Source: Pseudovirgaria hyperparasitica
Taxonomy: Eukaryota
Direction: 5' to 3' (one strand)
Length of the DNA stretch: 64,000 bases
NCBI GenBank assembly: GCA_010093815.1
Contig: ML996567.1
Within the stretch, counting starts at the first letter, position 1; each line of letters opens with the position of its first letter. Both the position numbers and the translations under genes were made by a program. Below are positions 48,924 to 62,614 of the stretch, piece after piece. Below the pieces are notes generated by a model that did no database searches, was not told the DNA's origin, and saw only the letters and a list, made by a program, of their open reading frames with translations.

Positions 48924-51163
48924 TCACAACCCAGATTGCAGAGCTTGCCGCAATGCTGCTGCAAGCCTCTGATATTCCTTCAGCAACTCGTCCACCTCTC
49001 CTATTCGAACTGTTTTCGCATCTTTCATTTCCATGTACTTTTTAAGTGGTGGTGAGGTCTTCTTCAGCTCTTCCAAGGCCGTCAATGCTTTCACAGCCTT
49101 ATCGTCTGGAATAGACACGGTCTCTGACTTCGTAGCGAGGTCCTTCCCTATCCCGGTTGCGGTCGCAGTCGCGGTGACACCAGAGGGAGTTGATGTAGCG
49201 GGACCGCGACCGAAGCGTGGTATCATATTGATGTTGGCAAATCGATTCAGTGGGTTCAGAGATGTGCCGAGAGTCCGCATCGACTCTACTGCTGCATTAC
49301 CGGTCGCTACCGGAGTCGTACCAGTTGCAGTTTGAATAATACTAGCGGTATTGGCCGTTGAATTCTTCTCGGATGCGAAAGCAACTCGTTTCCCGCTCCC
49401 ACCACTCTTCGTACTATCGACGCTTCGTTCTCGTAAGGGACGTTTCCCACCGAAGATATCGGAGAGCTTGCTATCGAGGCGGGAGAGTGGCTCGTCTGGT
49501 TTTCCGTCCTCGTTTGTGCTCGCTGCATCTTCTTCCGGCGGTGGCGTACTCACGAGCTTACGTGCATCCTCCAAGGTCTTCGGAATGATGTTCTCATCTG
49601 GACCTATGGCACTGTTATTCTTCTGTTGCTCTCTCAATCGTCCAAAGAAAAACTTCATGCTCTCTTCGAGAGTGTTGTTGATAGTATCCAGAGCTTGATC
49701 CGCACTAGACTTGATGCTCTCTCGTACAGCGTCACTTGCAGCTTCGATTTTGGTGGTTTGGGAAGTGATGAGATTACTGAGACGCCGCTGTGCTCGGGGC
49801 GTTGGCGTGACCTGCCCTTTTGATGCTATTTCTGTGTGCGATGTTGGGGCCTCAGGTTCTTGTGACAGCCCCAAGTTCATAGGGCCGCTCTCACTCCTGG
49901 GTGTGGTGTGACTACTAGCTTTATCTGGGCCTGAAGGCAATTCACCAGCTCGCAGCGACGAGAGATCTACTGTCTCAAGAAATGATATAGCAGCCTCCAG
50001 ATTGACTAGACAATATGCAGCTTCTCCATCCATGCGAGTATTGGCACGGAAACGCTGAATAAAATTAACATTGCTGATGACGTTCACAGATTCGGGCGGT
50101 GAGGTGATCAATGTGTATATGAGGGTAGGAAGGATTTCATCCGCAGACGATGAGGCTGGGAAAATCCGGGAAAGTGTCTCGACGATGCTTTTATGAACAG
50201 CGGTCAGCTGTTGTAGCTTGCCAAGCGGGTACTGCTCCTCATCCATACGAGCGAGCCCGTTTCTGGCACCCGCAAGCCATTCCTTTATGATCTCTTCGTT
50301 TTGAGCCGTGGTTTCACGTAGTTCAGTTGTCACATCTTCGCTAGACACGAGAAGCTCTTTCAATCCTATCCCCACCAACGCTAATGCTGCGATCCTAGAT
50401 CGAAGCTTCTGATCTCTTTCTCCATCATCAGTACTTCGGTGTCTCCACAGTTTCTCGTATAATTTGCTGCACACGACTCGTTCAACAGCCTCTTCTAATG
50501 CTACTCTTTTCAGTTCTAGCTGTCTTCGTGCTTTTCGTCGATCAGTAACCTCAGACGGCGTCAGCATCTCGGATCCGCTACTTGAAGTCCGCGTCATCTT
50601 GGGATGAGAGCCAACTATCACATCACCTGAACTTGAACGTGTCTCCCTTCCTATTCGTGATGCAAGCGCGGCTATGTGCGTTCCTATCTGAGAGCTTGCA
50701 CGAGTATAGAATTCTTGGAACATGTCTGAGAGGGTATCAACAGACAATGGCGTTGGGTGCACTTTGGCCGTAAGTGATTCAAGAAACCTGCAGTGTATTC
50801 ATGAGCGTGAATTCATAAGTACGGCTATTCTCTAGTTTACCTTTCCAACATACTACGAATCTCAATAGGCAGCTGCTCTAAAGTCGGGGGTCCTTCGACG
50901 ACTGCATCCTCTGCTTCATCGCCATCGTTCGTAGGCTCGTCATCTTCCTTTGTTGTAAAAAAGTCGACCTTGGCTGCTTCGTCTTCTGACTCTGTCGAAG
51001 GAGCTATCTCGTGCGCCAGGATCTCCGGAATAGGATCAGCTCCAACAGTGCTGGCGCGACTTCGTGTCAACGGGCTGTCAGACGTGGTCTCCAGACGACT
51101 GAAGCTTTTGGAAGTCTGCAGAGGTCGCGATCGAGAGGCGTCATCAGACGTGGACCTCTGCAT
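48924..51163 (-). CDS. VPS9-domain Rab5 GEF (Muk1/Vps9-like), 1 intron
   Basis: SADEILPTLIYTLI, NFIQRFR and GEAAYCLVNLEAAISFL form the VPS9 core. C-terminal IGEVDELLKEYQRLA. Confidence 0.9.
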
Positions 51164-51520
51164 CTTTGGACTCTACTAAAACAGTTTTTAGAGAAGCGCG
51201 AAGATTAGAAGTGGTAGGACAACAATGCCGGGAAATATTTAGCCTGGCAAGGATACAACATCAGATGCGCACATGCTATTGTCCTTGGGAAGTACAAAGG
51301 CCACGCTTGTTCTCATCTGGGTCGCATGGGGAGCCGTTCATTGGCGGGGCAGCTCTCAACTACGATCCATCGGCCGATCCAGGCATACCATGGGACTAAC
51401 GTCATGCATCACGCTGCCACTATTGACTTCCAACGCTTTCCTTATCACACTTCTGTTATCAAAGATCGTTGTACTTCTCCATATCGCGTACTTATGGTTT
51501 GAACAGTCGCATTCCACGAC

Positions 51521-53425
51521 ATGTCTACAATGCGAACGCAACACCACGACTGCGCTTCAGCGGGGAGAGTAACGGCTAGGCTCCTACTGTCCTTCCTGGT
51601 TTTGTCGCCCGTATCGAAAGCAGAGCGTTCGCATCAGGACGTCCAACTACCAGTCATAGAGCCTCAGATACCTTTACCACCCCAAAGTACCGATCATGAC
51701 TTTGTTAGTCGGCCTACACTCACTACATGCACCATACGCTAACCCTAATCATAGACCTTAAGACATATCTTCCATCATGGGACCTATCAGCACCCAGGCC
51801 TACATAGACGACTTGACATTCCACCCGAAGCCTCTTTGTTGGTTACATATGACGATGACACGACGAAGCACTATACTGCGCCAAAGTCACTCAAAGCTCG
51901 AGCTGCACCCTTGAAGATACAAAGATTGGCGGATAGAACAAGGTCAACTATAGATTCTATGCTTGAGACGAGCCGCATGACCGGAAAAGCAGCGGACCTT
52001 CCAATATCAGCTTGGGTCGAGGATGAGATCAAGGGCCCTAATGTTACCGATCAAGAGACTGTACTGAGCTTCGCTCGTATGGCGGCTGACGCGTACGTGA
52101 TAACACCGAGTCAAAGCGACTGGTTACCCGTGGGAGGAGGATTCAACTATACCGAGGACTTCGGCTGGGAGACTGATGGGCTTCGTGGCCATATATTCGC
52201 AGACACCGACAATCGGACCGTTGTGATTGGCCTCAAAGGTACCTCACCGGCTATGTTTGACGGAGCTGAGACCACGACGAACGACAAGATCAATGACAAT
52301 TTGTTTTTCAGCTGTTGCTGTGGGCAAGGTGGTCAATTCATGTGGAAACGCGTCTGTGACTGCCAGATGGATACGTACCAGTGCAACTCCACTTGCTTGA
52401 CCAAAAGCCTCCGGGCAAAAAACCGTTACTACTACGCGGCACAAGACTTGTACCACAACGTAACAGCTTTGTATCCAAATGCGGATGTATGGTTGTCTGG
52501 TCACTCACTCGGAGGCGCTGTGAGCAGTATGCTTGGACTCACGTTTGGTCTACCGGTCGTTTCATTTGAGGCGGTCCCAGAAGCTATGCCTGCTGCCAGG
52601 TTGGGTCTACCAGTACCTCCTGGCGATACTGTTGGCAGTATGTCAGCACGGGCAAGCACAGGGGGTTTCCATTTTGGGCACACCGCAGACCCTATATATA
52701 TGGGGCTATGCAATAGCGCAAGCTCAATCTGCACCATTGCGGGATACGCAATGCAGAGCGTGTGTCATACGGGCTCTAAATGTGTATATGACACTGTGAA
52801 AGACTTCGGCTGGCGTGTCGGAATCGGATCGCATAAGATCGTCAGTGTCATATCTGATGTCATCGAGAAGTACGAGGCTCCGCCAAAATGTCAACAGTAT
52901 TCGAACTGTTCGGACTGTTTTCTTTGGGATTATTACGAAAGCAACGGCACTGAGACGACCACAACAAGACTACCAATCACGACATCATCATCCTACACGC
53001 GGACAAGAACCACCACTTGCAAAACGCCAGGTTGGTGGGGCTGTCTGGACGAGTCTACAACCGAAGACAGCACGACGACCACGACCTCATCGTCAAGCAC
53101 TTCTACATGCAGGACTCCTGGTTGGTTCGGATGTCTGGATGAAACCAGCACGACCACGACCACGTCCATTTCTAGTAGTAGCGGGTCTGCAGCACCAGCA
53201 CCCACAGTCACTACGACCTCGATCTCTGAACCTACTGCAACATCGTCTTGTGCTACCCCTGGATGGTTTGGTGGATGTCTTGACCCCTGGCCATCTATTA
53301 CCAGTATGCCAGCTAAACTGACCAGTCGCCCAACGACTCTACCAGCTGCGACGAGCTGCACATCTTCGAAATGGTTTGGGATTGTTTGTGCGGATGTAAA
53401 GGGTCAATCGCACGAAGAGATTTAG
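51521..53425 (+). CDS. ATG15: Autophagy lipase Atg15, 1 intron
   Basis: N-terminal anchor, LRHIFHHG, FGWETDGLRGHIF, IGLKGTS, DNLFFSCCC, GHSLGG, GHTADPIYMG. Confidence 0.95.
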
Positions 53426-53735
53426 GCATCAATATTCAAACCAATATACCCCAACAATAAACATATGCCATGATTGTTCATTCAAGCATAACGACATACA
53501 TAGTCCAGACCCATCTTGTTTAGTACACATAAGACACAGAGCCGAGGTATCAGATGTGCCAGTTGTATATAGCCAAATGTAGTCACTCAAATCAAGTCTT
53601 CAAATCATGTGTGAAGTCTTCCATTGGTTTCTATGTGACAAGCGATAAGATTGGAGACCAGGCGGCTGAGGCCGTTCTCCGCGTAATTGTCACGATCCCC
53701 GAAATGTGCAGAACCTCCAAGTCCAGACCAACAGA

Positions 53736-54299
<564 letters not shown>

Positions 54300-54680
54300 G
54301 GTTGCGAATTTTGCTGTTGTTAGTTGTCGTTAGGATTAAACGTCCATTTACAAAAGGTGGGCTGTCAAATTTCGCCTCGCTTGTGGGATAGTTTGGCGGA
54401 TGGAACGAAGTTTATCCGAGGACAGTCCGTGCCCCAAGCACCTTAAAAACTGTCGAAGAACTTTACTCTCATCTTTCAATTCTACACAGCAACTTCGCGC
54501 GCACCATTTTCCAGTAAAATCTCACCAATGCACTTTCTTTGACAGCTGCTTGAACGACCACTGCTTTTACTTGCATTTCCGCCATGATCAAATAGCCCTG
54601 CAATAGCAAAACGTTACCTGCACTTTGTCGTCCACAATACCCGCGCAGTCGCCATCTTGTCTTGCACTAATCTAGTAGCC

Positions 54681-56591
54681 ATGAAAAACAAGAGCATTGG
54701 GATCATCGGCATGGGCGTCATGGGTAAGATGTACGCCAATAGACTCAGCAATGCTGGATGGAGGTAAGATCATCTTCCCAATATCTTCTCACATCGGCAT
54801 GAAATGGTACGTCTCACTTCCATGTTATCCCCTCACTCTCTATTATGATGACCTGAGCGCATTTGGCTCGAGTATGGCTTGTCCGAAGCTCTGTATCCGT
54901 TTTGGCTACAAAGATTAGGACGGAGTCGTCACTGATGTAACTTCTCGCTACCTTATTCTTTTTCGTCTGAATATTTTCATATGAATCCTTCATACACGCA
55001 TATACCTACGTGGATCAAGCTAACTTCTCGAAAGTTACTGTGAATACTCAATCTAGCGAAAGTATACTGACCTCTGATGCGTATCAGCATAAATGCCAGC
55101 GACGTACCCGAGAAATATGAGCAGTTGCAGAAAGAATATAGCGCTAGCGTAGGGCTCCATATGTACATATTTCACATAAAAACAATACTGAGGCTTTTCA
55201 GAAAAATGTCTCAATCCTGCCGAACGGTCATCTCGTCTCGCGCTGTAGCGATTATATCATCTATAGTGTAGAAGCCAAGTTCATTAATGAAGTTGTAGCT
55301 CAGTACGGTCCTTGTATGATCACTTCTTTCGAAGCCCTAAACATAGCTGATATGAATCACCTCTCAAGCTACGAAGCTCGGCGCTATCGTTGGAGGGCAA
55401 ACCTCTTGCAAAGCTCCCGAAATTGCTGCTTTCGAGAAACATCTACCCCCTGACGTTCACATTGTTTCCTGCCATTCTCTGCATGGCCCAGGTGTGGACC
55501 CAAAAGGGCAACCACTAGTATGCAATAGACATCAATATGTACTCCGGGGTTCACTGACCATTTCAGGTCTTGATCAAGCATCGAGCATCGGAAGAAAGTC
55601 TGGCACTCGTGGAGAATATGCTCTCGTGTCTTCAATCAAAGTATGTCCATCTTACAGCTGAACAACACGACCGTATCACTGCAGACACGCAGGCAGTTAC
55701 ACATGCAGCTTTCCTAAGGTAGGCCCAGTACAGTACTCCCTTGGACTATCCTGACTGTTGCGCAGCATGGGTGCTGCTTGGAAGGCCAATAATCAATTCC
55801 CGTGGGAGATCGGGCGATACCTAGGTGGCATCGAGAATGTGAAGATCAACGTCACACTCCGCATATATGCGAACAAGTGGCATGTCTATGCTGGTCTTGC
55901 CATTCTGAACCCTGCTGCCCAGAAACAGATTAAGCAATATGCCGAATCTGTAACAGAGCTATACAAGCTAATGCTCGGGGGTCATCGCTCCGAGCTATCA
56001 GATCGCATCAAAACTGCGGGTGCTGCAGTATTCAGGTATGACCAAGACCAGGACCTGTTACTTGAGGATGAGCTTCTTGACCAATTTTCTCTGGGAGCTA
56101 TCCCGAAAGAGAGGGTCAGGAATAATCATCTGAGCTTACTGGCCATGGTCGACTGTTGGTGGAAGCTAGGTATTGTGCCTTACGACCACATGATATGTTC
56201 GACTCCGGTAAGCATCACTTTGAAATGAGCTTCTATCTTCCTGACACTTCATAGCTGTTTCGAATGTGGCTTGGCATTACAGAGTATCTGTTTAGAAAGC
56301 CAGATCTCCTTGAGGAGGTCATCGATACTGCCATAACCGATAACACGTTCCGTGCTGACGACTTGGAGTTCACGTTTGCCGCTAGGGTCAGTTGATTTTC
56401 ACTTTTATCAATTGTTCGATTTATTGATGTACCTCAAGGACTGGAGTGATCGAGTCAGCCTGGGCCATTTCGACGGATATAGGGCAAAGTTCGAAGACAT
56501 TCAAAAATACTTCGCACCCCGGTTCCCTGAGGCAACCAAGCTTGGCAACGAAATGATCAAGACGATTCTGGAGAGGACTAGGGAGAAGTAG
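54681..56591 (+). CDS. TYR1: Prephenate dehydrogenase (NADP+), about 7 introns
   Basis: IGIIGMGVMGKMYA, VGGQTSCKAPE, HSLHGP, HDRITADTQAVTHAAFL, NKWHVYAGLAI, NNHLSLLAMVDCW. Confidence 0.94.
54845..54935 (+). ncRNA. Putative intronic box C/D snoRNA
   Basis: ATGATGA (box C) at 54845-54851 and CTGA (box D) at 54932-54935, with an internal TCCGT/ACGGA stem, inside an unusually long 324-nt intron. Confidence 0.55.
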
Positions 56592-57098
56592 AGAATATCA
56601 AGACTTTGCCATACGATCAGCCTGTCTGGCACGCTAGCTATCTGTAAGACCACGTAGGAAGACGGATCGCTTGGCCTAGGCGGCATCACGGCAGATCGAC
56701 TATGCTAGCTCCTTGGCGCGAATCGCAGACGGGAATGAGAATGTGTTTACAGGATGAATCGGTAGAACTCCCGTGCACGCTACAAACTTCATGCCAACAG
56801 CCGAAATGATAGTTGCAGGCAAGGATGGTAAAAGTAACCGGACTTAAGTGCAGAGAGTCCCTTAAAGGCGATCCGCCGGCCGCGCTAGGGCATCGGGACC
56901 GGGCTCATATAAAGCCCGCAGCGGGCGGGTGTGGAGAGCTTACAGTAGGAACGTCATCGTCACTACAGCGCCATCTCCAACCAATTGACATAATAAATGG
57001 ACTGGGACAGCTGAATCGATGTCGAAGCCTGTTGCGCCTCTGACTCTTCCCTGGGTAGACCTGCATATCTTTCTGATGGCCCGTTAGGTTATGGAGGC

Positions 57099-58499
57099 AT
57101 GCAGCACTTATCTTTGTCTCTCCGTCCTCTTCACTGCACACAGAAATTCCATTCGGGCTTCACCCAAAAATACATTCACCACGCTTCGACCATGTCATCT
57201 GCTTCGACCAGTAATGCACTCTACGCCGCTGCCATCAGCTCGTCTCAATTGACTAAAGCGATTCCTGAGGAAGCGAAAGAGTTACGACACCATCAGAAGA
57301 ACGGGAAGGGTTTTCTCAATCCTTGGAAGTCATGGAACGAACAAAGTGCTTTCAAGATCATCTCGACTGTTATATAGTGAGTGTCCCCGATATGATAAAT
57401 CTACACCGAACCCAGTTGACCCCCGGCGCAGCCGCCGATTCAGCGGTAAGGCGAACACACCAGACACGAAACCTCCTACGGTACCTGTCCACAAGCCTAC
57501 CTTCCTTCGCTCTCGAAATACCCAGGATCTAAGAGCTACGTGGCTCGGCCATGCCTGCTATTACGTGGAGTTTCCTGGAGGCTTGAGGGTACTCTTTGAC
57601 CCTGTTTTCACACATCGCTGTTCGCCATTCTCTTTCCTTGGGCCCGCGCGATATACTGAGGCTCCCTGTCAAATTGAGGACATTCCGACAATTGATATAG
57701 TCATCATCTCACACAGTCATTATGACCATCTCTCTCACCCGACTATTATGAAAATCAAGAACTGTCACCCTAATGCGCACTTCTTTGTCCCTCTGAACAA
57801 CAAGGCATGGTTTGTAGATTGTGGCATACACAATGTTACTGAGCTGGACTGGTGGGATGCGAAGGACTTAATATTGTCGAAATCAACCGAAGCCACGATT
57901 TTGAAGGCAAAGGAGGCGGGAAATGATCCAGAGACGATAAGTGCGACTATCGGATGCCTGCCCTGCCAACACATGTCTGCGAGGAGTCCATTCAACAAGG
58001 CGCATACACTTTGGGCATCCTGGAGTGTAGAGAGTGGTGGCAGGAAGCTTTGGTTCGGAGGGTAGGTGACGATCATGTGTGTTCAAAGTCGAAGGGTTAA
58101 CAATCAGCCAGCGACACCGGGTATCGCGCTGTGCCTGAGCTACCAGACACCGAAGACGACTACTCACCAGAGTTGAACCTTCCTCATTGTCCGGCATTCG
58201 CGCAGATCGGAGCTCTCAGGGGTCCTTTCGACCTTGGACTCATCCCGATTGGAGCATACTCACCACGCTTCATCATGTCTCCAATGCATGCCAATCCTTA
58301 CGACTCAGTGAACATCTTCCTGGACACGAAGTGTAGGCGGGCGCTTGGCATGCATTGGGGTACTTGGGTTCTTACGGACGAAGACGTGCTTGAGCCACCA
58401 AGGATTCTGAGAGAGGCGCTCAGAAAGAAAGGTATAGATGAGGTTGGCGTGTTCGATGTCATCGATATTGGAGAGAGTAAGGAGTACGCAAGTCCTTAG
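57099..58499 (+). CDS. NAPE-PLD/Fmp30-like metallo-beta-lactamase, 2 introns
   Basis: [26 protein letters not shown] (HxHxDH), [28 protein letters not shown]. Possible mitochondrial presequence before a second ATG at about 57192. Confidence 0.93.
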
Positions 58500-60010
58500 G
58501 CGCATTGGGCCTATCTTGGCAGTCATTAGCACTGATGACAGAACCTTGGGCCCTATTTACGCCAATGGGATTGCATTGTCAAGCATGTGAATATACTATC
58601 GGTATAATATATGAAGTGAAGATATTCCCTAATACCACTCGAGCTGCATGCTGGAATCTTGGATGTTCTCGAATGATCCCAACTGAGAAATCAGCCATAT
58701 GTGGCTGATTCCAGGCAAACAGAAATCCTACCTAGCCCCGGTTACCGCCTTCTAGGCACGCGGCTCCGCAATTCAAGGCAACCAACAGAACCCAACTTCC
58801 GTTATTCAAGCTTTCAATTCTCTGGGCATTCCATCTCAATTGGTTGCCCCGAGGAGGAAGGGAAACGATCGCTGCCTTCCTGTTGAACTTCGTATGGGTC
58901 CCTTGGCAATTGTAGCACTTGTGAGTAGTCAACGCTTGTTTGCCGACAATCGATGCTTGACTTTTCCGCGCGCTGCAGGAGTCTATGGTTCAATCGCGCT
59001 TGAGATGAAGGTACAATCAGTTCCATTCGATGGAATGTATGTTGATACATGTAACGGCATCGTCGCTACGCACATCTAGACAAAATCAGGGCCAGATCAT
59101 AGTCATAAGCGTCATTACTACCTATTCTACACTTGGTCAATTACTTCTTATTTGCTGTATTCACAAGCAGAAGGTGGTCAGGTAGAAGCATATAAATGAT
59201 CATGGCCTAGCCTGGTTGCATTCATTACACAGAGTGCTTCCTCCGCTACAAGACAGGACCAGCCCAGAAATTAGCTTCCAAGTCGTTATCAGCAATATAA
59301 CTACCAAGTACCTGACCCCGACAACGATTCTACATCATTTATCATTACTAAGGCTTTGCTAGTCGTCGCAATGAGCAAAGAAGATGACACTTGTACCACA
59401 ATTCAAAACAACCCCATCCCCAGCTCTCGTTTCCTCCCAGCTCTCGTTTCAACTCACATCGACTGCCGTAACGTGCATGGCAGCAGGTAGGATAGCTTTA
59501 GCTCGTCACCACTGCTTCCTTACTATCCCACTTCCAGTCATCCTCTTGGAGCTATGAGCAAACACTAGATATCTCTCGATCTTATCAGCGTCTGGGATAG
59601 TCACCATAGGCGCTGTGAGCAGAACGTCTTGTGAGCCCATACAAGACATTCAGCTTTCTCTCATTAGTACGTCTTGAGGACACAGTCACACCATACACCT
59701 CACTTCTACAGCCCCTTCATACAAAAGTGCCAAAACGCGTATTATTACCATAATCAGCAATGTCATCACAGAAGGCGGGTGGAGATCTTGGAAAAAATCT
59801 AGGCGCCTCCAGTTTTGAAAGCCCTCAGGTTTCCCTCCGTGTTTAACCATCCGAAAATATCAAGGAATCTTCTACTCTTCAAGATAGTTTTAAATTTATA
59901 GCGCAGTACGGCCATAGTTGAACGATATTCGGAGGAACGAATCTTCCGTTCAGTGCATGATGAATTATAGAGATCAGAGTTCCCAGAACACGACTTCTAC
60001 TGCGATGATA

Positions 60011-60742
60011 CTAAAGAAAGCTCTCCAACTTCTTGAAAATTGAGAGACTGATATCAACACCGATGCTGCACCCATCCCTGGAGAGACGTCTATCGGAGCA
60101 TCGCTGCCTGTCAGCAATGCTGATATGCTTGATACCGTGGTCGACATGGCCTCCTGTTTCGGTACAGAGCTGATCTGTGGTCAGTCCACTTCTTCCCAAG
60201 GAGTTACTATATACTGACGTTCTCCAATTCGTAGGCGTAGACACTCTCCCACTCCCCAAGTTGGCTGTTGTCACTATTGGAAGTGGCGATACTTCCGTGT
60301 TGGGACCCACAGCCAAACTAGAGACAGAGCTTGTACATACTTTCTCGGTTCCAGACATAAGACTTGTAAAGCCAGGTAGCGATGGGTTCTGGCACATCTC
60401 AACTGCTGCATGGTGTAGCTTGTCAAGATCTTCGCAGTCGCAAATGTTGAATAGCGTTCTCCGTATCTTGTCAAGAGCCGCGAAGTCGGTACACCAGCCA
60501 AAACAGCCATTCGAGGTGTCGCAGCTGGTCTCGAACAAATTTGCGACATAGTTAAACTGGGTATCATCAGGAGAATACCCTCTCGAACGAGATTACAAGC
60601 TTACTGAACATGGAGGCAAGTCAGCGTTGACTTCTGCATTCATACCGGCCGCATTTGTAGAAAACCTTGTGGACAGACCAGATATCAGACATGTAAAGCT
60701 TGTGATTATGAGCAACAACTGATCAAATGGATTCGTCGCCAT
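60011..60742 (-). CDS. Secreted Cys-containing protein with degenerate CFEM-like domain (possible pseudogene)
   Basis: Hydrophobic N-terminus. A 48-nt intron at 60604-60557 joins LPPCS to FNYVANLFETSCDTSNGCFGWC...ICDCEDL...EMC, followed by a Ser/Thr-rich stretch. Confidence 0.45.
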
Positions 60743-61615
60743 TGCTGGACACCACAAGATCGCCGAGATCAGTGAATATAAAGAGCAATACACACCGAAT
60801 ACAGGATCAGATCAGCAGGCATATGATATATATAGAGGTACAACCTGTGAGAGAAATCCACATGGTTGTATACTGTGCGGCCGCCCTGTTGACATGCTCA
60901 AGCGGTCACATTCCTCGTTTCACATTCAGCTGGGATCGACTACCCCTTGCGTACACTATGACCAGGTTCTAACATATTACAATGATTTGTTGCACTAAGC
61001 ACGTTATACCTGATACCTGGCATACTGTAGAATTCTTCTTGTAGAAGAATGAAAGCTCACTTGGATTGTAAAAGTAATCCACGTCACACTCTATGCAGGC
61101 CGAGTCCCATTCCTCACCTCGGCCGATTTTATCATAAGCTTTTAAGCTAAGCATTCAGAAGTACATCTATCTCGAATACCAACAAGATATGGAGACCATT
61201 TTTGTTGGTACGGTTGTTGGCAGTCTTTCTTGTTTGAAAGCTCCCGATCCCGATGTCTATGGAACCATCCCCCCTCTCCCTACCAGTGCTATATGAAGAA
61301 TCAGAGGTTTGGTCATATATCGCTCATATTACTGAAGTACTCTACTTACGAGTAGTCATGATAGGCGGTGGTGGGTTCAAAGTTAGTACTCATTGGAGAT
61401 GACCGTGGAACGCAGAGATTTCCGACCGAACTTTGGCACGCGAGTGAGGCAGACTGACTCAGTGATACGCACAGGCGAACATAGAAATTTATATGGCTGT
61501 ATAAGGGAATGTCATATGCACAGCGAACTGTTCAGGCAAACACAACTAGCTGCATGCCGGTTCGGGAACGACGGTCGAGGCATGGGTCCTGATTTTCGCA
61601 ATAGTTGACCCTTAC

Positions 61616-62614
61616 TCAGATGTCGACTACGCTTACTCTACCACTCAGGGTGCCCGTACTACCCTTCACGACACCTGAGTTGACCATCTTTGTCGCCCTG
61701 CCCTCTGCTCCACCCCAAACCTGTCCCCACAGCACCGCCGTTACGCCATACGCCAATACTCTCACAACTTCAATCCACAGCCCAAAGTCCAGAAGCCCTC
61801 TTGTCCACCCAATCTCTCTCTCCATACCCCTCTCATACGCCCTCTGAGCCTCATCCCACCAACACATCTCCATCCCCGCACCCCAGTGAACATGCCCAAA
61901 CACATGCAACATCGGCCTCACGCGCGCCACCTCTCGAAGCAAATACCTACAGCCAAGGCCTTCCGGCAGCGATATGTCGCGATGATGCTGCGGTGGGGAA
62001 TGCGTGACGAGGACGTCTGTATCGCTGGGTACTGTGCCGGACCATGCGTCAAGCCTAGGCTCATATTGGAAAGCGAAGCTCTCACGCGGCCCACAGGCAG
62101 GAATTTGAGGTGCGCCATATATGCGGAGAGATCTAGATAAAGATGATGCGGACTTGATTGTGATTGTCGTCGATGAGTGCTGCAGATAGCGGATGCCTTT
62201 CCAATCTAGACTTGCGCTTCGCTGTGCCGAGGACAGTGAGGGGCGGGTCCGTGGATCGAGATAGGTATCGTGATTTCCAGCAATAACGATCTTATGATGG
62301 TATGGTAGAGAGGCGATCCAGGAGATCTGAGTTTGTAGGGATTGCGTGGAGCCATCGTTTGTGAGGTCGCCGGCGTGAATGAGGATGTCACCAGCCGGGA
62401 GGTCAGTGATTTGGAGATCGTGGGTGTCGGAGATGCAGACTATACGTATAGGTTGCGTATCAGGAGAGAGCGTGGCGCGGAGAGAGTTTTGAATGTGGTA
62501 AATGGTGTAGAGAATGAGTCGAACTGGGCATGTCAAAAGGAGGTAGACAAGAGACGGACGCTCGAAAGGCAGCGGCGCTTTAAAAGAGGGATAAAGAACG
62601 ATGGCTGAATGCAT
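61616..62614 (-). CDS. Calcineurin-like metallophosphoesterase (MPPED/239FB type)
   Basis: VCISDTH, LIHAGDLT, IAGNHD, LVTHSPP, HVFGHVH. Confidence 0.92.
   Translation of the reverse strand: MHSAIVLYPSFKAPLPFERPSLVYLLLTCPVRLILYTIYHIQNSLRATLSPDTQPIRIVCISDTHDLQITDLPAGDILIHAGDLTNDGSTQSLQTQISWIASLPYHHKIVIAGNHDTYLDPRTRPSLSSAQRSASLDWKGIRYLQHSSTTITIKSASSLSRSLRIYGAPQIPACGPRESFAFQYEPRLDAWSGTVPSDTDVLVTHSPPQHHRDISLPEGLGCRYLLREVARVRPMLHVFGHVHWGAGMEMCWWDEAQRAYERGMEREIGWTRGLLDFGLWIEVVRVLAYGVTAVLWGQVWGGAEGRATKMVNSGVVKGSTGTLSGRVSVVDI

Noticed and set aside
54528..54595. Two tiny upstream ORFs (MHFL, MIK) before TYR1
   Set aside because: The transcription start is unknown, a 5' UTR intron may remove them, and they contain no Tyr codons to suggest attenuation.
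59371..59490. 39-codon ORF after a TATAAA, containing a 15-bp direct repeat
   Set aside because: No coding signature or motif, so a local duplication is the simpler explanation.
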